IMG/VR virus record: IMGVR_UViG_3300042852_000025 | Location: 1 to 64,000 of that record | DNA from: a virus | Lineage: Duplodnaviria > Caudoviricetes | Direction: 5' to 3' (one strand) | DNA: 64,000 nucleotides | Shown: positions 19,218-29,429 of the stretch, one piece after another | Position numbering within the stretch: position 1 is the stretch's first letter | Layout: every line of letters begins with the position of its first letter | The notes under the pieces: model-generated | Databases searched by the model: none | Told to the model about the DNA's origin: nothing | The model's input: only the letters and a program-made list of their open reading frames with translations | Made by a program: the position numbers and the translations under genes

Positions 19218-22200
19218 GTGAAACTGAATGGACTGGCTCTGCTCGATGTGCGCGGCTTGCTGCTGCACGCCTACCACCGGGGCACTGACCCCGATGCCAA
19301 ACTCAGCCCCCTGACTGACAAGCCGGTGAACTCTGCCGGCTACGGTTTGCGCGGGTTCCTGGACACCTACATCATTCCCCTGCTGTCTGATTTCTCCCCC
19401 CTCAACATCATCGCGGTGTGGGATGGGGGCAACACCTTCCGCGAAAGCCTGTTCGCGGACTACAAGGCCAAGCGCCACGCCGAGGAAAAAGACCCGGCGA
19501 TCGAAGCGCAGCTGAAAAAGATGTTCGACATGGCCAAGGCGCTGCTGGCCTATGCCGGCGCCTTCAACGTGCGCGTCGAAGGTGTGGAAGCGGACGACGT
19601 GATCGGCGCCTTCTGCCTGCACTTCCCCGAAGTGCTCAAGCTGGTCCACACCGTGGACCGCGACCTGACCCAACTCAACGACGACAACACCACCGTGCTG
19701 GTGAAGGCCCTGCCGGCGGACGATTTCGAAGGCTACCCAACCCGCTACGTGCGGATCTACAAGTCCCTGGTGGGGGACAAGACCGATGAATACGGCGGCG
19801 TGCCGCAGGTCGGGCCGGTGGCGTTCAAGTTCCTGGTCGACACCTACGGCTGGGACGGCATCGAGCAGCTGGAAGCCTGCGTGGCCAACAACGACTACGC
19901 CTTTCTGCTGGAAGCGGTCGAAGCCACCAGCTGCAAGGTGCTGCGCAAAATCTACGAGAGCCGCAGCACCTGGCGCCTGATGTACACCCTGGCGGGGCTG
20001 CACCCGGAGCTGCTGTACGGCGCGCAGGGCCGCACGATCATCCGCCCGGAGTGGTACGTGCGCCTCCCCGACGCGACCAAGGTGCTGGACCTGCTGACCA
20101 TCGCAGGTGACCCGAGCCTGTTCGAACACTTCGCCCCGCACATGCCGACCATGACCCTGGTGACGCCGGAGAACTGGCCGCAGGTGCATGCCGCTTACGT
20201 CGAAGGCTTGCGCGACACCCCGCTGGCCAGCTTCGACTATGAAACCTACGACAGCCTCGGACACGACTGGTCGGCAGCCCTGCCGGACACCTCCCGCGGC
20301 TACGTCGACGTGCTGTCGCAGCGCCTGACCGGGGGGTCGTTCACCTACGGCAGCAACCTGCAACACACCTTCTACCTGCCGGTGCTGCACAAGAACACCG
20401 CCAATCTGGACAAGGCGCGGCTGGTGGATCTGCTGCTCGACATCGAAGAGGCGCGGATTGATTTCGTTGCACACAACGCGAGGTTCGAAGCGTTGGTGAC
20501 CAAGCTGGCGCTGAACTTCCAGCTGGAGGGGCCGATCTGTACGCAGATGCTCGGCACCTACGTCGACGAAAACCTGGAGCAGGGCTTGAAGGCTCACGCC
20601 CGGCACTGGCTGAAGTACGACCAGGTCGAATACAAGGATCTGCTGGCCCAGCACGGCGCCCGGGACATGCGCGACCTCACCGGCGAGCAGGTGACCCACT
20701 ACGCCTGTGATGACGCCTTCGTCGCGGCGCGGCTGGCGGTGCTGTTCTTCCTGATCCTCAAGCTGGAACAGCAGTGGGACTTCGCCTACAACGAGGACCG
20801 CTACACCCTGCACCCGTTCAACGACAGCTTTGAAACCGGGGTGCAGCTCGACTACGCCCGCCTGGACGAACTGGCCGCCGCCGATGCCGCGGTGGTCAAG
20901 AACAACACCGAACGGTTGCACAGCCTGCTGGCCGAGCATTGCAGCCAGATCAGCGACATCGGCGCCGAGGGCTTGAAGAAGGCCGAGGGCGACAACCTGC
21001 TCCGGCTGTACATCCACGACAAGCTGAACCGCTCGCAGGCGCAGGCCAAGGTGGCCGAGACCTACGAACGCTGGCGGCTGGGTTCTGTATACACCCCCTA
21101 CAGCGAGACGTTCACCCCGGCCGAGTTCATCGCCACGGAGAAGGGGTTCACCCGCGTGGCCGAGAAGGTCGGGCTGCCGATCGTGATGGGGAGCGTCAGC
21201 GGCAAGGGTGTCACCGCCTGGCTGATGACCAGCCGGCAGCACCTGAAACAGCACGGCAGCACCGACCCGCGTGCCCGCACGCTGGTCGACCTGGTACAGG
21301 AAGCGGCCGGCGAGATTCGCAAGCGTGAAGGCGCAGCGTTCCTGTGCCTGAAAGCCTTCATTGAAACCGAAGTGCTGCACCTGGACGGCGTGCGCGTGAT
21401 CGAGGGCGACGAACTCAACCTCAACAGTCCCAAGCAAATGCAGGCGCTGCTGTACTGCAAGCTGCAACTGCCGGTGCGCCTGCGCACCTTTCCACAGAAG
21501 GGCAGCCGGCGGGATGAACTCGGCCTGGAAGGCAACCCGTCGACCAACGAGGACGCGATGCTGGCCGCGATGGCCGAGGACTGCCCCGAAGGGGATTGGC
21601 GCCGCGAGGTGTTGCAGCTGCTGATCGGCACCAAAGAGTGCATGACCCGCCAGTCCCTGTACTACGCCAAGTATCCGCACTGGCGGCACCCCAGCACCGG
21701 CGTGGTCCACCCCGGCACCCGCAACTGTGGCACCAAGACCCGTCGCCCGGCCGGCTCCAGCCTGAACATCCTCGCCGTGAGTAAAGGGCCGCTGCGCTCG
21801 ATCTTTCTGCCACGGTTCAAGGGGCATGTGATCGTCGCCCTCGACTTCAGCGGCCAAGAGCTGCGCCTGACCGGCAGCGCGGCCAACGACCCGGTCTTGA
21901 TCGAGGCCTACACCGGCGGCGGTACCTACGTCGACGAAGACGGCATGACCCGGGCGCGCTTCAAGGACATCCACGCCGTGACCGGCTGCACCTTCGCCGC
22001 CAACGTGCTGGAACAGGCCATGGGGCCGGAAATCCTCAAGCGTCTGTCGTTCGATGCCACCGGCAGCATGGACTATGAACAGTTCGTCAGCCTGCTGCAG
22101 GAAGGCGAGCACGTCTATGAACTGGCCGGCGACCTGGCCCTGCCGCTGGGCAAAACCATCGTCAAGATCCGCAAGATGGCCAAGACCGTGAACTTCCTGA

Positions 22201-22784
22201 TCATCTACGGTGGCCAGGCGTTCAGCATGGGCATGAAACTCGGCGTTCCCGAGCGCTTTGCCCAGCGCATCATTGACGGGGTGTTCGCCGGCTACCCGCG
22301 CCTGGCTCCGTGGCAGAAGGAAACCATCGACTTGGCCCGCCGGCAGGGCTACATCACCACGGCCTTCGGCACGCGCAAGCACGTCGACCCCAACATCCTC
22401 AGTCGTGACGGCTCGCTGCGGTCGCGGGCTGAGCGCCAAACCGTCAACCACCAGATCCAGGGCTGCGCCGCCGACATCCTGAAAAAGGTGCTGACCTCGG
22501 CCTATCACACCCACCTGTACGAAGAAACCCACTCCCACCTGATCGCCCCGGTGTACGACGAACTGGTCAACAGCGTGCCGATCGACAACGTCTTTGAATT
22601 CGCCTCGCGCACCCAAGACCTGATGAACATCACGCCGCCGGGGCATCCGATCCCGATGCTGGCCGAGGTGTCCATCGGCCGGAACTGGTACGACTCGGGG
22701 AAAAACGAACTGGGGGATCGACCGTCGCAACGCAAGGTTGAGGCGCTGTTCGACAAGTGGGCCAAAGAGGGGTGGTTAGCATGA
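19218..22784 (+). CDS. polA: Family A DNA polymerase with 5'-3' and 3'-5' exonuclease domains
   Basis: YKAKR, EADDVI, GDKTD; FDYET, HNARFE, YACDDA; DFSGQELR, KTVNFLIIYG, VYDE. Confidence 0.95.
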   Translation: MKLNGLALLDVRGLLLHAYHRGTDPDAKLSPLTDKPVNSAGYGLRGFLDTYIIPLLSDFSPLNIIAVWDGGNTFRESLFADYKAKRHAEEKDPAIEAQLKKMFDMAKALLAYAGAFNVRVEGVEADDVIGAFCLHFPEVLKLVHTVDRDLTQLNDDNTTVLVKALPADDFEGYPTRYVRIYKSLVGDKTDEYGGVPQVGPVAFKFLVDTYGWDGIEQLEACVANNDYAFLLEAVEATSCKVLRKIYESRSTWRLMYTLAGLHPELLYGAQGRTIIRPEWYVRLPDATKVLDLLTIAGDPSLFEHFAPHMPTMTLVTPENWPQVHAAYVEGLRDTPLASFDYETYDSLGHDWSAALPDTSRGYVDVLSQRLTGGSFTYGSNLQHTFYLPVLHKNTANLDKARLVDLLLDIEEARIDFVAHNARFEALVTKLALNFQLEGPICTQMLGTYVDENLEQGLKAHARHWLKYDQVEYKDLLAQHGARDMRDLTGEQVTHYACDDAFVAARLAVLFFLILKLEQQWDFAYNEDRYTLHPFNDSFETGVQLDYARLDELAAADAAVVKNNTERLHSLLAEHCSQISDIGAEGLKKAEGDNLLRLYIHDKLNRSQAQAKVAETYERWRLGSVYTPYSETFTPAEFIATEKGFTRVAEKVGLPIVMGSVSGKGVTAWLMTSRQHLKQHGSTDPRARTLVDLVQEAAGEIRKREGAAFLCLKAFIETEVLHLDGVRVIEGDELNLNSPKQMQALLYCKLQLPVRLRTFPQKGSRRDELGLEGNPSTNEDAMLAAMAEDCPEGDWRREVLQLLIGTKECMTRQSLYYAKYPHWRHPSTGVVHPGTRNCGTKTRRPAGSSLNILAVSKGPLRSIFLPRFKGHVIVALDFSGQELRLTGSAANDPVLIEAYTGGGTYVDEDGMTRARFKDIHAVTGCTFAANVLEQAMGPEILKRLSFDATGSMDYEQFVSLLQEGEHVYELAGDLALPLGKTIVKIRKMAKTVNFLIIYGGQAFSMGMKLGVPERFAQRIIDGVFAGYPRLAPWQKETIDLARRQGYITTAFGTRKHVDPNILSRDGSLRSRAERQTVNHQIQGCAADILKKVLTSAYHTHLYEETHSHLIAPVYDELVNSVPIDNVFEFASRTQDLMNITPPGHPIPMLAEVSIGRNWYDSGKNELGDRPSQRKVEALFDKWAKEGWLA

Positions 22785-24061
22785 TCCAGTTGAACAGTGA
22801 CCAGCGCGGCGGCGTCGACCGCATGCTGGAGTTTACCGAGGGTGAGGAACCGTTCTTCCTGCTCGATGGCCGCGCCGGCACCGGCAAGTCCACCAGTGCG
22901 CAGACCTTCGCCCGCGAGACGGACCAGAGCGTGGTGTTCACCGCGCCGACCAACAAGGCGACCAAGGTGCTCAAGCAGATGTGCGAGACCGAGCTGCAGG
23001 GGCTGGTCCCGTGCCGCACGATCTACTCCCTGCTCGGCCTGCGCATGGACAACAGCGGGGAAGTGCGCAAGGTGCGGGCTGCCGACAACTTCAACCAGGC
23101 CCGCAACTACCAGGTGGTGGTGGTCGATGAAGGCTCAATGGCGAACTCGGGGCTGATGTACCACATCGAGCGCACCGCCAAGAACGAAGGCGTCAAGTTC
23201 CTGTTCATGGCCGACGTGACCCAGTTGCCGCCGGTGGGGGAAGAACGCTCGCAGGTGTTCGACATCGAGAACCGCTGGCAGCTGGACAAGGTCGAGCGCC
23301 ACGACAACCAGATCCTGACCTTCGCCACGCACATGCGCGACTGCATCCTGCACGGCGAGGCCCTGAGCCTGTTCAGCGCCAACGATGAACGCGGCGGGGT
23401 TTACCTGCTCGACTACAAGCGCCTGCGCAAAAAGGCCGTCGACGCCTTCAACAGCGACAGCTACCGCGCCGATCCGGGCTCGATCAAGGTGATCGCGTGG
23501 CGTAACGACACCGTGGCCATGTACAACGGCTTGATCCGGGACGCCATGTACGGCGCCACGCTGGCCGCCGAGGCACCGTTCCAGCCGGGCGAGCGGGTGG
23601 TGGTGTGCCAACCGATTATGTCGGCGGACGGCAAAGAAACACTGATGACCACCGACGAGGAAGGCACGGTGTTCTCCATCGACGTGCAGCAGCACCCGAT
23701 GTTCAGTGAGTTGACCTGCTACCGCGTCGAAGTCCGCCCGGAAATGGATGAGTACATGCTGGTGACCTGCTGGGTCATCCACCCCAGTTCCGAACGGGCC
23801 TACAAGCGCCTGCTCAACGAGCTGTCGGAACGCGCCAAGACCGGCAGCGGCGGCTGGCCCGCCTTCTGGAAGGCCAAGGAAGTCATCCACGACGTGCGCC
23901 CCAGTCACGCCATCACCGCGCACCGCGCACAGGGGTCGACCTACGAGAGTGTGTTTGTCGACTCGGCCGACATCCTGCTCAACCGCAACTACATCGAATC
24001 CTTACAGTGCCTGAACGTGGCCTGCACCCGCCCACGTCGCATTCTGGCGATCAGCAAATGA
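22781..24061 (+). CDS. Dda/RecD-like SF1B helicase
   Basis: GRAGTGKS, APTNKA, VVDEGSM, QLPPV, AITAHRAQGSTY. Confidence 0.92.
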   Translation: MIQLNSDQRGGVDRMLEFTEGEEPFFLLDGRAGTGKSTSAQTFARETDQSVVFTAPTNKATKVLKQMCETELQGLVPCRTIYSLLGLRMDNSGEVRKVRAADNFNQARNYQVVVVDEGSMANSGLMYHIERTAKNEGVKFLFMADVTQLPPVGEERSQVFDIENRWQLDKVERHDNQILTFATHMRDCILHGEALSLFSANDERGGVYLLDYKRLRKKAVDAFNSDSYRADPGSIKVIAWRNDTVAMYNGLIRDAMYGATLAAEAPFQPGERVVVCQPIMSADGKETLMTTDEEGTVFSIDVQQHPMFSELTCYRVEVRPEMDEYMLVTCWVIHPSSERAYKRLLNELSERAKTGSGGWPAFWKAKEVIHDVRPSHAITAHRAQGSTYESVFVDSADILLNRNYIESLQCLNVACTRPRRILAISK

Positions 24062-24555
24062 AAACTCCCCAAGAGAAAGGCAAGGAGTTCGAAGAACTGT
24101 TTCGGCTGTACCTCAAGGAGCTGATGCAGAAACACCCGCTGGCCAGCGCCCGGTTCTATGACACGCACTCGGCCGGCACCTACCTGCCGGACCAGCCGGG
24201 CGACCTCATCGCCTGTTTCAGGGGGATCTGCCACCTGTTCGAACTCAAGTCGAGCGAGGTGCATAGCAGCCTGACCGCCGGGCTGTCCAAGCTGCTGGCC
24301 AACCACCAGGCCACCCACCTGAAAATTTGGGCGCGAGCCGGCGCCAGTACCCACGTTCTGTTCTGGCAGCAGAGCACCGGGGTGATCGAGCTGTGGGACG
24401 GGGACGCCGTCGCCCACGTCCGCCACGCCCCGCACATGCGCCTCAAACCCGAAGGGATCTGCGACAGCTTCCCCGACTTTGAGGCGTTCAAGGCTGCCTT
24501 TACCGCCGCACTTTTGCACAACCCGCGGTACACCGCGAAGAAGGTATTCCGATGA
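24058..24555 (+). CDS. PD-(D/E)xK nuclease, putative Holliday junction resolvase (RecU-like)
   Basis: GKEFE...PGDL...FELKS. Confidence 0.65.
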   Translation: MKTPQEKGKEFEELFRLYLKELMQKHPLASARFYDTHSAGTYLPDQPGDLIACFRGICHLFELKSSEVHSSLTAGLSKLLANHQATHLKIWARAGASTHVLFWQQSTGVIELWDGDAVAHVRHAPHMRLKPEGICDSFPDFEAFKAAFTAALLHNPRYTAKKVFR

Positions 24556-25643
24556 CCGACATCCTTGTCTTCACCGACCCGCACCTGGGCAAGAATCTGG
24601 TGTCCCACACCACCCTGGACAGCCGCCGCCGGTTACGGGATGGGATCTACCAGCACAACAGTGGGCTGCTCGATCGCTTCCCGCACGCGATCAAGACCTG
24701 CCTGGGCGACCTGTTCGACCGCTTCACCAACCCCGAGGACGTGATCTGGCAGGGCATGCGCCTGGCCGAGCGGGTGGACTACATCATGGCCGGCAACCAC
24801 GACCTGGTAAACGACCGGGGCCGCCTCGGCACCTTGCAACTGATGGACAAGGCCCGCCCGGGGGTGATCCAGCTCACGCCGTTCGGTGAAGCCCGGGGCT
24901 TCCTGCACGACGTGCGCCCCGGGGTGTCCTTCCTGTTCGTCCCGCACCACAGCACCGACGATCTGTTCCACGAATCGCTGGCCGCCGCCGAGAACTGGGT
25001 GCGCGGCAAGGTGCCCGGGACCACGGCCTACCTGTGTGTTCACTGCAACTACGACTCGGGCTTTGCCACCGACGACACCGCGCTGTCACTCAGCCGCAAG
25101 CAGGCCAAGCAGCTGCTCGATGCTGGCTTTGATTACATCCTGATCGGCCACGACCACCACCCCCGCGAAGACTGGGACGGCCGCGTGGTGATCCTTGGCA
25201 ACACCCACCCGACCGGCTTCGGCGACATCACCGACAAGCGCGTGATGTTGATCCGCCCGGACGGCAAGCACGAATTCCACCAGGTGTGGTACCGCAACGA
25301 CGGCTACCTGCACCTGGACGTGAACGACCTGATCGCCCCGGACTTCGACTTTGAGGACGAACCCTCGGCGCAGTTCGTTGAAATCAGCGGCGAGTTGCAG
25401 GCCAGTCAGGTGATGGATCTGGCCCGGGCCGTGCGCAAGATTTGGCAGGAGTGGAAGCCGCTGGCCGTGCGCAACACCGCCGAGGTGATCAAGCCGGGCA
25501 CCGGCGAGACGCTGGCCGACCACGACTTCCACCAACTGGACATGCAGATCCGCGCCGAGTTGATCAAGCGCCCGGAGCTGGTCGAACTGTTTGATGCCTT
25601 TTGGGCCGACACCGCGCCCTCCCTTCAAGAAGAGGAAGCATGA
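24552..25643 (+). CDS. sbcD: SbcD/Mre11-like nuclease
   Basis: DPHLG, GDLFD, GNHD, GHDH metallophosphoesterase motifs. Confidence 0.9.
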   Translation: MTDILVFTDPHLGKNLVSHTTLDSRRRLRDGIYQHNSGLLDRFPHAIKTCLGDLFDRFTNPEDVIWQGMRLAERVDYIMAGNHDLVNDRGRLGTLQLMDKARPGVIQLTPFGEARGFLHDVRPGVSFLFVPHHSTDDLFHESLAAAENWVRGKVPGTTAYLCVHCNYDSGFATDDTALSLSRKQAKQLLDAGFDYILIGHDHHPREDWDGRVVILGNTHPTGFGDITDKRVMLIRPDGKHEFHQVWYRNDGYLHLDVNDLIAPDFDFEDEPSAQFVEISGELQASQVMDLARAVRKIWQEWKPLAVRNTAEVIKPGTGETLADHDFHQLDMQIRAELIKRPELVELFDAFWADTAPSLQEEEA

Positions 25644-25930
25644 TGGAAATCGAAATCATCAGTGGCCCACGGGGCAGCGGCAAAACCACCAAGCTGCAGC
25701 AGATTGCAGCGGATCTGCAGATGGCGGGGCATCAGGTCCTGAACCTCAATTCGGATTTCACCCTCGCCGGCATCCGCCGACGCCTGATCCTCGCTGGCCT
25801 GCAGGGCTACACGGCGGTGATGCTTGACGACTGCACGTCCGACAAGCTGAAGAAGCTGTGCAAGGCGAAAAAGGAGATCGAGGAACGCATGGACTTCGAC
25901 CTGCGCCTCTATGCCGTGGAGGCCGCGTAA
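25640..25930 (+). CDS. Small P-loop protein
   Basis: GPRGSGKT and VMLDD in 96 aa. Confidence 0.7.
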   Translation: MMEIEIISGPRGSGKTTKLQQIAADLQMAGHQVLNLNSDFTLAGIRRRLILAGLQGYTAVMLDDCTSDKLKKLCKAKKEIEERMDFDLRLYAVEAA

Positions 25931-28138
25931 ATGTTAGAGCGCCTGGAACTCAACAACTTCAAGAAGCATGAGCACCTGGTGCTGGACTTCACCGCTGGGT
26001 TGAACGGGGTGACAGGACCAAACTACCGGGGCAAAACCACCGTGCTGTACGGGATTCTGTATTGCCTGGGCGGGGCACGGCTGGTCCCCGGCTCACGCCT
26101 GCAAACCCGGGGCACCAACAGCGGGTTCAAACAAACGCTGTGGCTGACCTTCGGCAACATCGGTCGCTACCGGATCGAGCGCACCAAGAGCGGAGCCAGC
26201 CTGACCGAGCTGTGCCCGGACGGCACGGAACAGCCGGTGGCCACCGGCACCACGCCGGTGAATCAGGCGATCGCCCGCCTGCTGGGCATGCCGCTCAAGC
26301 GCTTCGCGCAGATCAAATACGCCAAGCAGCGCAAGGCCAGCGCCCTGTTGGAAGTGGGCAGCACCGAGTTGTTCAAGATCATCACCGAGCTGACCGGGCT
26401 GGAGCGGGTCAGTCAGGTGATGGAGCGGGTAGGGGGGCAGCTCAAAACCTGGAAGCTGCTGCAGGATGAAACCACCCTGACCGACATCGACGAACAACAG
26501 GTGCAGGTGATGAACTGGCTGGGAGAGGAAACCCAGCTGGCCATCGACCTGACGCAGCTGAACAACGAGTTGACCGAGACCAAGCGCCACCGCAGCACCA
26601 GCGAAGCCCACGAACGCCGCCTGTCTCAGGCGCAAACCGCTGTCTTCGGCGCCGTGACCACGCTGCGCCAGGCCGAGCGGGAGGCCACGGCCAGCACGGT
26701 CGCGCTGGAAGAAGCCCAGCAGCGCCTCGCCGAGTTTCGTGGCCATCCGCTCACGTCCGAAAGCCTGGTCGACCTGGAACTGCAACTCAAGAATCTGCGC
26801 GAGCAAATGATGGTCGGCAAGCAGGCGCGCAGCCTGGTCAAGCAGTTGCAGCGGGATCTGGAAGAGGCGCAGCTGGAATTGCAGGCAGCCGTCAGGAAGG
26901 CCGTGCCCCTGCGCGACGACCTTAAAGACCTGCACCGTGAGGACGACGTTGATCTGGACGCCCTGCATGCGGCGGCTGCGCAGGCCGAGGCCAGCAAACA
27001 AACCGCCGGGGAGAAGCTGGAAGCGCTGATCGAGGCCGGCAAGAATGGCGTGTGCGGTGGGTGCCAACGGCCGTTTGAAGCCTTCAACCCGCACGACCAC
27101 GCCGCGCTGGTGCGCGAGCAGCAAGAGGCCTGGCGCGAAAAAATGGCGGCGGCCCAGCTGGCCAGAGACGCCTTGCAGGCCGAGAACCTTTACCGCAGCA
27201 GCCGGACCCAGGCCGAGGACGCCTTGCGCCAGGCCGACAGCGCCGTCCATACCCATCAGCGGGTCTGCAACCGACTGAGCGACCAGCTCGATCAGGCGAC
27301 CCGGGATTCCCTGTCGCTGCCACCCACGGAGGCACTGACTCCACAGATCGAGGCGCTGGACGCGCAGATCAGCACCGGCCGGCAGGATGCACAGCGCCAA
27401 GCCACCCTGCGCCAGGCGCTGGCCGTGGCCGAGAGCAACGCCACGCAGCGCAACCAGTGGCTGACCAACGCCCAAAACGAACTGCACCAGACCGAAACCC
27501 AGCACCAGGTGGAAGGGGTCGACCTGCCTACCGCCCTGCGCACGCACCGCGAGAAGGTCGAGCTGTACGACAGCCAGATCCGCAGCCTGCAGGAACAGAT
27601 CGGGGACTGCTCCAGCCATAAGCACGGCTTGCATGAACAGCGGGTCGCCTTGGAGCGCACGCTGGCCACCGTGGTCGAGCGCAATCGTCAGCACGAACAG
27701 GCAGCGCAGAAGGTCGGCCTGCTCACCGAGCTGCTGGGGCATATCCGCAGCAACCGCGATCGCTACAGCAAGCAGGTGTGGGATGTGTTCATGGCCAGCG
27801 CCTCGATGTTCGCCAGCAACGCCACCGGCGGGGTTATCGAGTCGATCAGCCGCGGCGAAGACGGTGCCTTCACCTTCGTCGAGGACGGTTTCGAAATGGA
27901 GCAGGCCGAAGCCTCGGGCGCCCAGCTGGCGATCATCGGCACCGCCGTGCAACTGGCGCTCGATGCCGCCGCGCTGTCGCCGCTGAACCTGGTGCTGATG
28001 GATGAGCCGACCGCCGACATGGACCCGGAGCGCGCTCTGGCCTTCAGCACCCTGCTCGCCGGCAGCGGCAAACAGGTGGTGATGGTGACGCACCGGGAAA
28101 TGGACGGCACCGTATTCGACAACACGCTGGAGATTTGA
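25931..28138 (+). CDS. sbcC: SbcC/Rad50-like ATPase
   Basis: GPNYRGKT, coiled coil, CGGC hook, ASGAQ signature, MDEPT. Confidence 0.92.
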   Translation: MLERLELNNFKKHEHLVLDFTAGLNGVTGPNYRGKTTVLYGILYCLGGARLVPGSRLQTRGTNSGFKQTLWLTFGNIGRYRIERTKSGASLTELCPDGTEQPVATGTTPVNQAIARLLGMPLKRFAQIKYAKQRKASALLEVGSTELFKIITELTGLERVSQVMERVGGQLKTWKLLQDETTLTDIDEQQVQVMNWLGEETQLAIDLTQLNNELTETKRHRSTSEAHERRLSQAQTAVFGAVTTLRQAEREATASTVALEEAQQRLAEFRGHPLTSESLVDLELQLKNLREQMMVGKQARSLVKQLQRDLEEAQLELQAAVRKAVPLRDDLKDLHREDDVDLDALHAAAAQAEASKQTAGEKLEALIEAGKNGVCGGCQRPFEAFNPHDHAALVREQQEAWREKMAAAQLARDALQAENLYRSSRTQAEDALRQADSAVHTHQRVCNRLSDQLDQATRDSLSLPPTEALTPQIEALDAQISTGRQDAQRQATLRQALAVAESNATQRNQWLTNAQNELHQTETQHQVEGVDLPTALRTHREKVELYDSQIRSLQEQIGDCSSHKHGLHEQRVALERTLATVVERNRQHEQAAQKVGLLTELLGHIRSNRDRYSKQVWDVFMASASMFASNATGGVIESISRGEDGAFTFVEDGFEMEQAEASGAQLAIIGTAVQLALDAAALSPLNLVLMDEPTADMDPERALAFSTLLAGSGKQVVMVTHREMDGTVFDNTLEI

Positions 28139-28140
28139 CC

Positions 28141-28356
28141 ATGACCGATGCCGCCGATGCCGCCGGGAATGAACAGGAACTGATCGAGGACTTACTGTTG
28201 CGCCAGCACCGGGCAGCCGCCGCCAGGCACCAGAAGGTGATGGCGGCGTGTACCGGGGAGTGCCTGAACTGCGAGGCCAAGCTGGAAGTCGGCCGCTTCT
28301 GCGATGCCGACTGCCGCGAGGATTACACCAAGCGCCTCAACGCGCAGAGGCGGTGA
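28141..28356 (+). CDS. TraR/DksA-like C4 zinc-finger protein
   Basis: MTDAADAA N-terminus; CLNC...FCDADC. Confidence 0.75.
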   Translation: MTDAADAAGNEQELIEDLLLRQHRAAAARHQKVMAACTGECLNCEAKLEVGRFCDADCREDYTKRLNAQRR

Positions 28357-28783
28357 AGTAGCCCGGTGGCACGAAGTCCTCGGCGTTCAGGCCGAGGGTC
28401 GCCTTGCGCGTGGACCAGTGCAACCAGCCGAACGCACGCACCCCGGAATAGATGGCATAGCGCTCGGCCTTCGGCACGCCGCGTGACTCCAGCGCGTCCA
28501 GGAACACCTGATCGGACTCGGCGCGGCTGTAACGCTGCGAGCTGTACAACCAGTCATGCAGCACGGCGGGTGCCCGCATCAGTCCGTTGATGTCGAACAC
28601 CGCCCGCAACGGCCGCGGGATCGAGGCCAGGTCCGTGATGTAGCCCCGAGGCACGATGAGCTTGTCCCCATTCGCCCGCAGGGCAATCAGGGGCTGATCG
28701 ACGACCCACTCATCCGGTACAGGAAACCCTTTCGGGGTGTATTCCTGCAGGTCCAGAAGGGAAATGAACTGAAAGGCGCTCAT
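28337..28783 (-). CDS. DUF1353-family protein
   Basis: VPRGYITDLASIP, AVLHDWLY, GVRAFG. Confidence 0.88.
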   Translation of the reverse strand: MSAFQFISLLDLQEYTPKGFPVPDEWVVDQPLIALRANGDKLIVPRGYITDLASIPRPLRAVFDINGLMRAPAVLHDWLYSSQRYSRAESDQVFLDALESRGVPKAERYAIYSGVRAFGWLHWSTRKATLGLNAEDFVPPGYFTASAR

Positions 28784-29034
28784 GGTTTGTCGACCCGGTC
28801 ATCCAGCGCCTTGGCGATCGCGTCTTCGACCACCTCGGTGGGCTTGCGCTCATCGCGCAGGATCAGGATCAACGACAGGATCAAGGCGACCACCCCCCCA
28901 ACCGGTTCAAGTGGCACCCCGAAATAGGCTGACACTGCCCCCGCGCCTACCGTCAAACCCTGCCAGGTGGACGGCTGGTGCAGGTAACGCAACAGCAGAT
29001 CCAACAGCTCTTTGCGGCCTTCTGGATTGCTCAT
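28780..29034 (-). CDS. Putative holin
   Basis: QPSTWQGL followed by two short hydrophobic segments and a charged C-terminus. Confidence 0.65.
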   Translation of the reverse strand: MSNPEGRKELLDLLLRYLHQPSTWQGLTVGAGAVSAYFGVPLEPVGGVVALILSLILILRDERKPTEVVEDAIAKALDDRVDKP

Positions 29035-29405
29035 TACTCCCCCTTTGCCGGACGGCGCCGGCTATTCAACAGTTGTTCGATCAAGGCCTGCTGGACCTGC
29101 AGGGTTCTGATCTTCTCGTTGAGCTTTTCCAGCTCTTTTTGCAGTTGCTCCCTGGAGGTGTAGTCCTTCAACAGGTCGGTGAGCGCGAGCTTTGCCGCGA
29201 CTTGTTCAGCCTCGATGGAACTGAGTTTCTGATTGGTCGCCACCATGTGTGCCGACAGCACGGGGGCCTGCTTGACCAGGTCCTGCACCCCGGAAATAAA
29301 CCCGGTCAGGATCACCGCTGCAACCGTGGTGGACACGGCGGTGACGACCCGTGCTAGCCGCGAATACCCGGCCCGGCGTTCTTCAAGGTTGGCTGATGTA
29401 GGCAT
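29034..29405 (-). CDS. Membrane-anchored coiled-coil protein (possibly lysis-associated)
   Basis: One N-terminal hydrophobic helix plus coiled coil. Confidence 0.55.
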   Translation of the reverse strand: MPTSANLEERRAGYSRLARVVTAVSTTVAAVILTGFISGVQDLVKQAPVLSAHMVATNQKLSSIEAEQVAAKLALTDLLKDYTSREQLQKELEKLNEKIRTLQVQQALIEQLLNSRRRPAKGE

Positions 29406-29429
29406 ACGCGGCGCTCCTGGTGGGTGGGG

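Noticed and set aside
19134-22730. Long antisense ORFs (1198 aa here; also 26093-28093 and 40639-43542)
   Set aside because: Shadow frames of high-GC genes with clear motifs on the opposite strand
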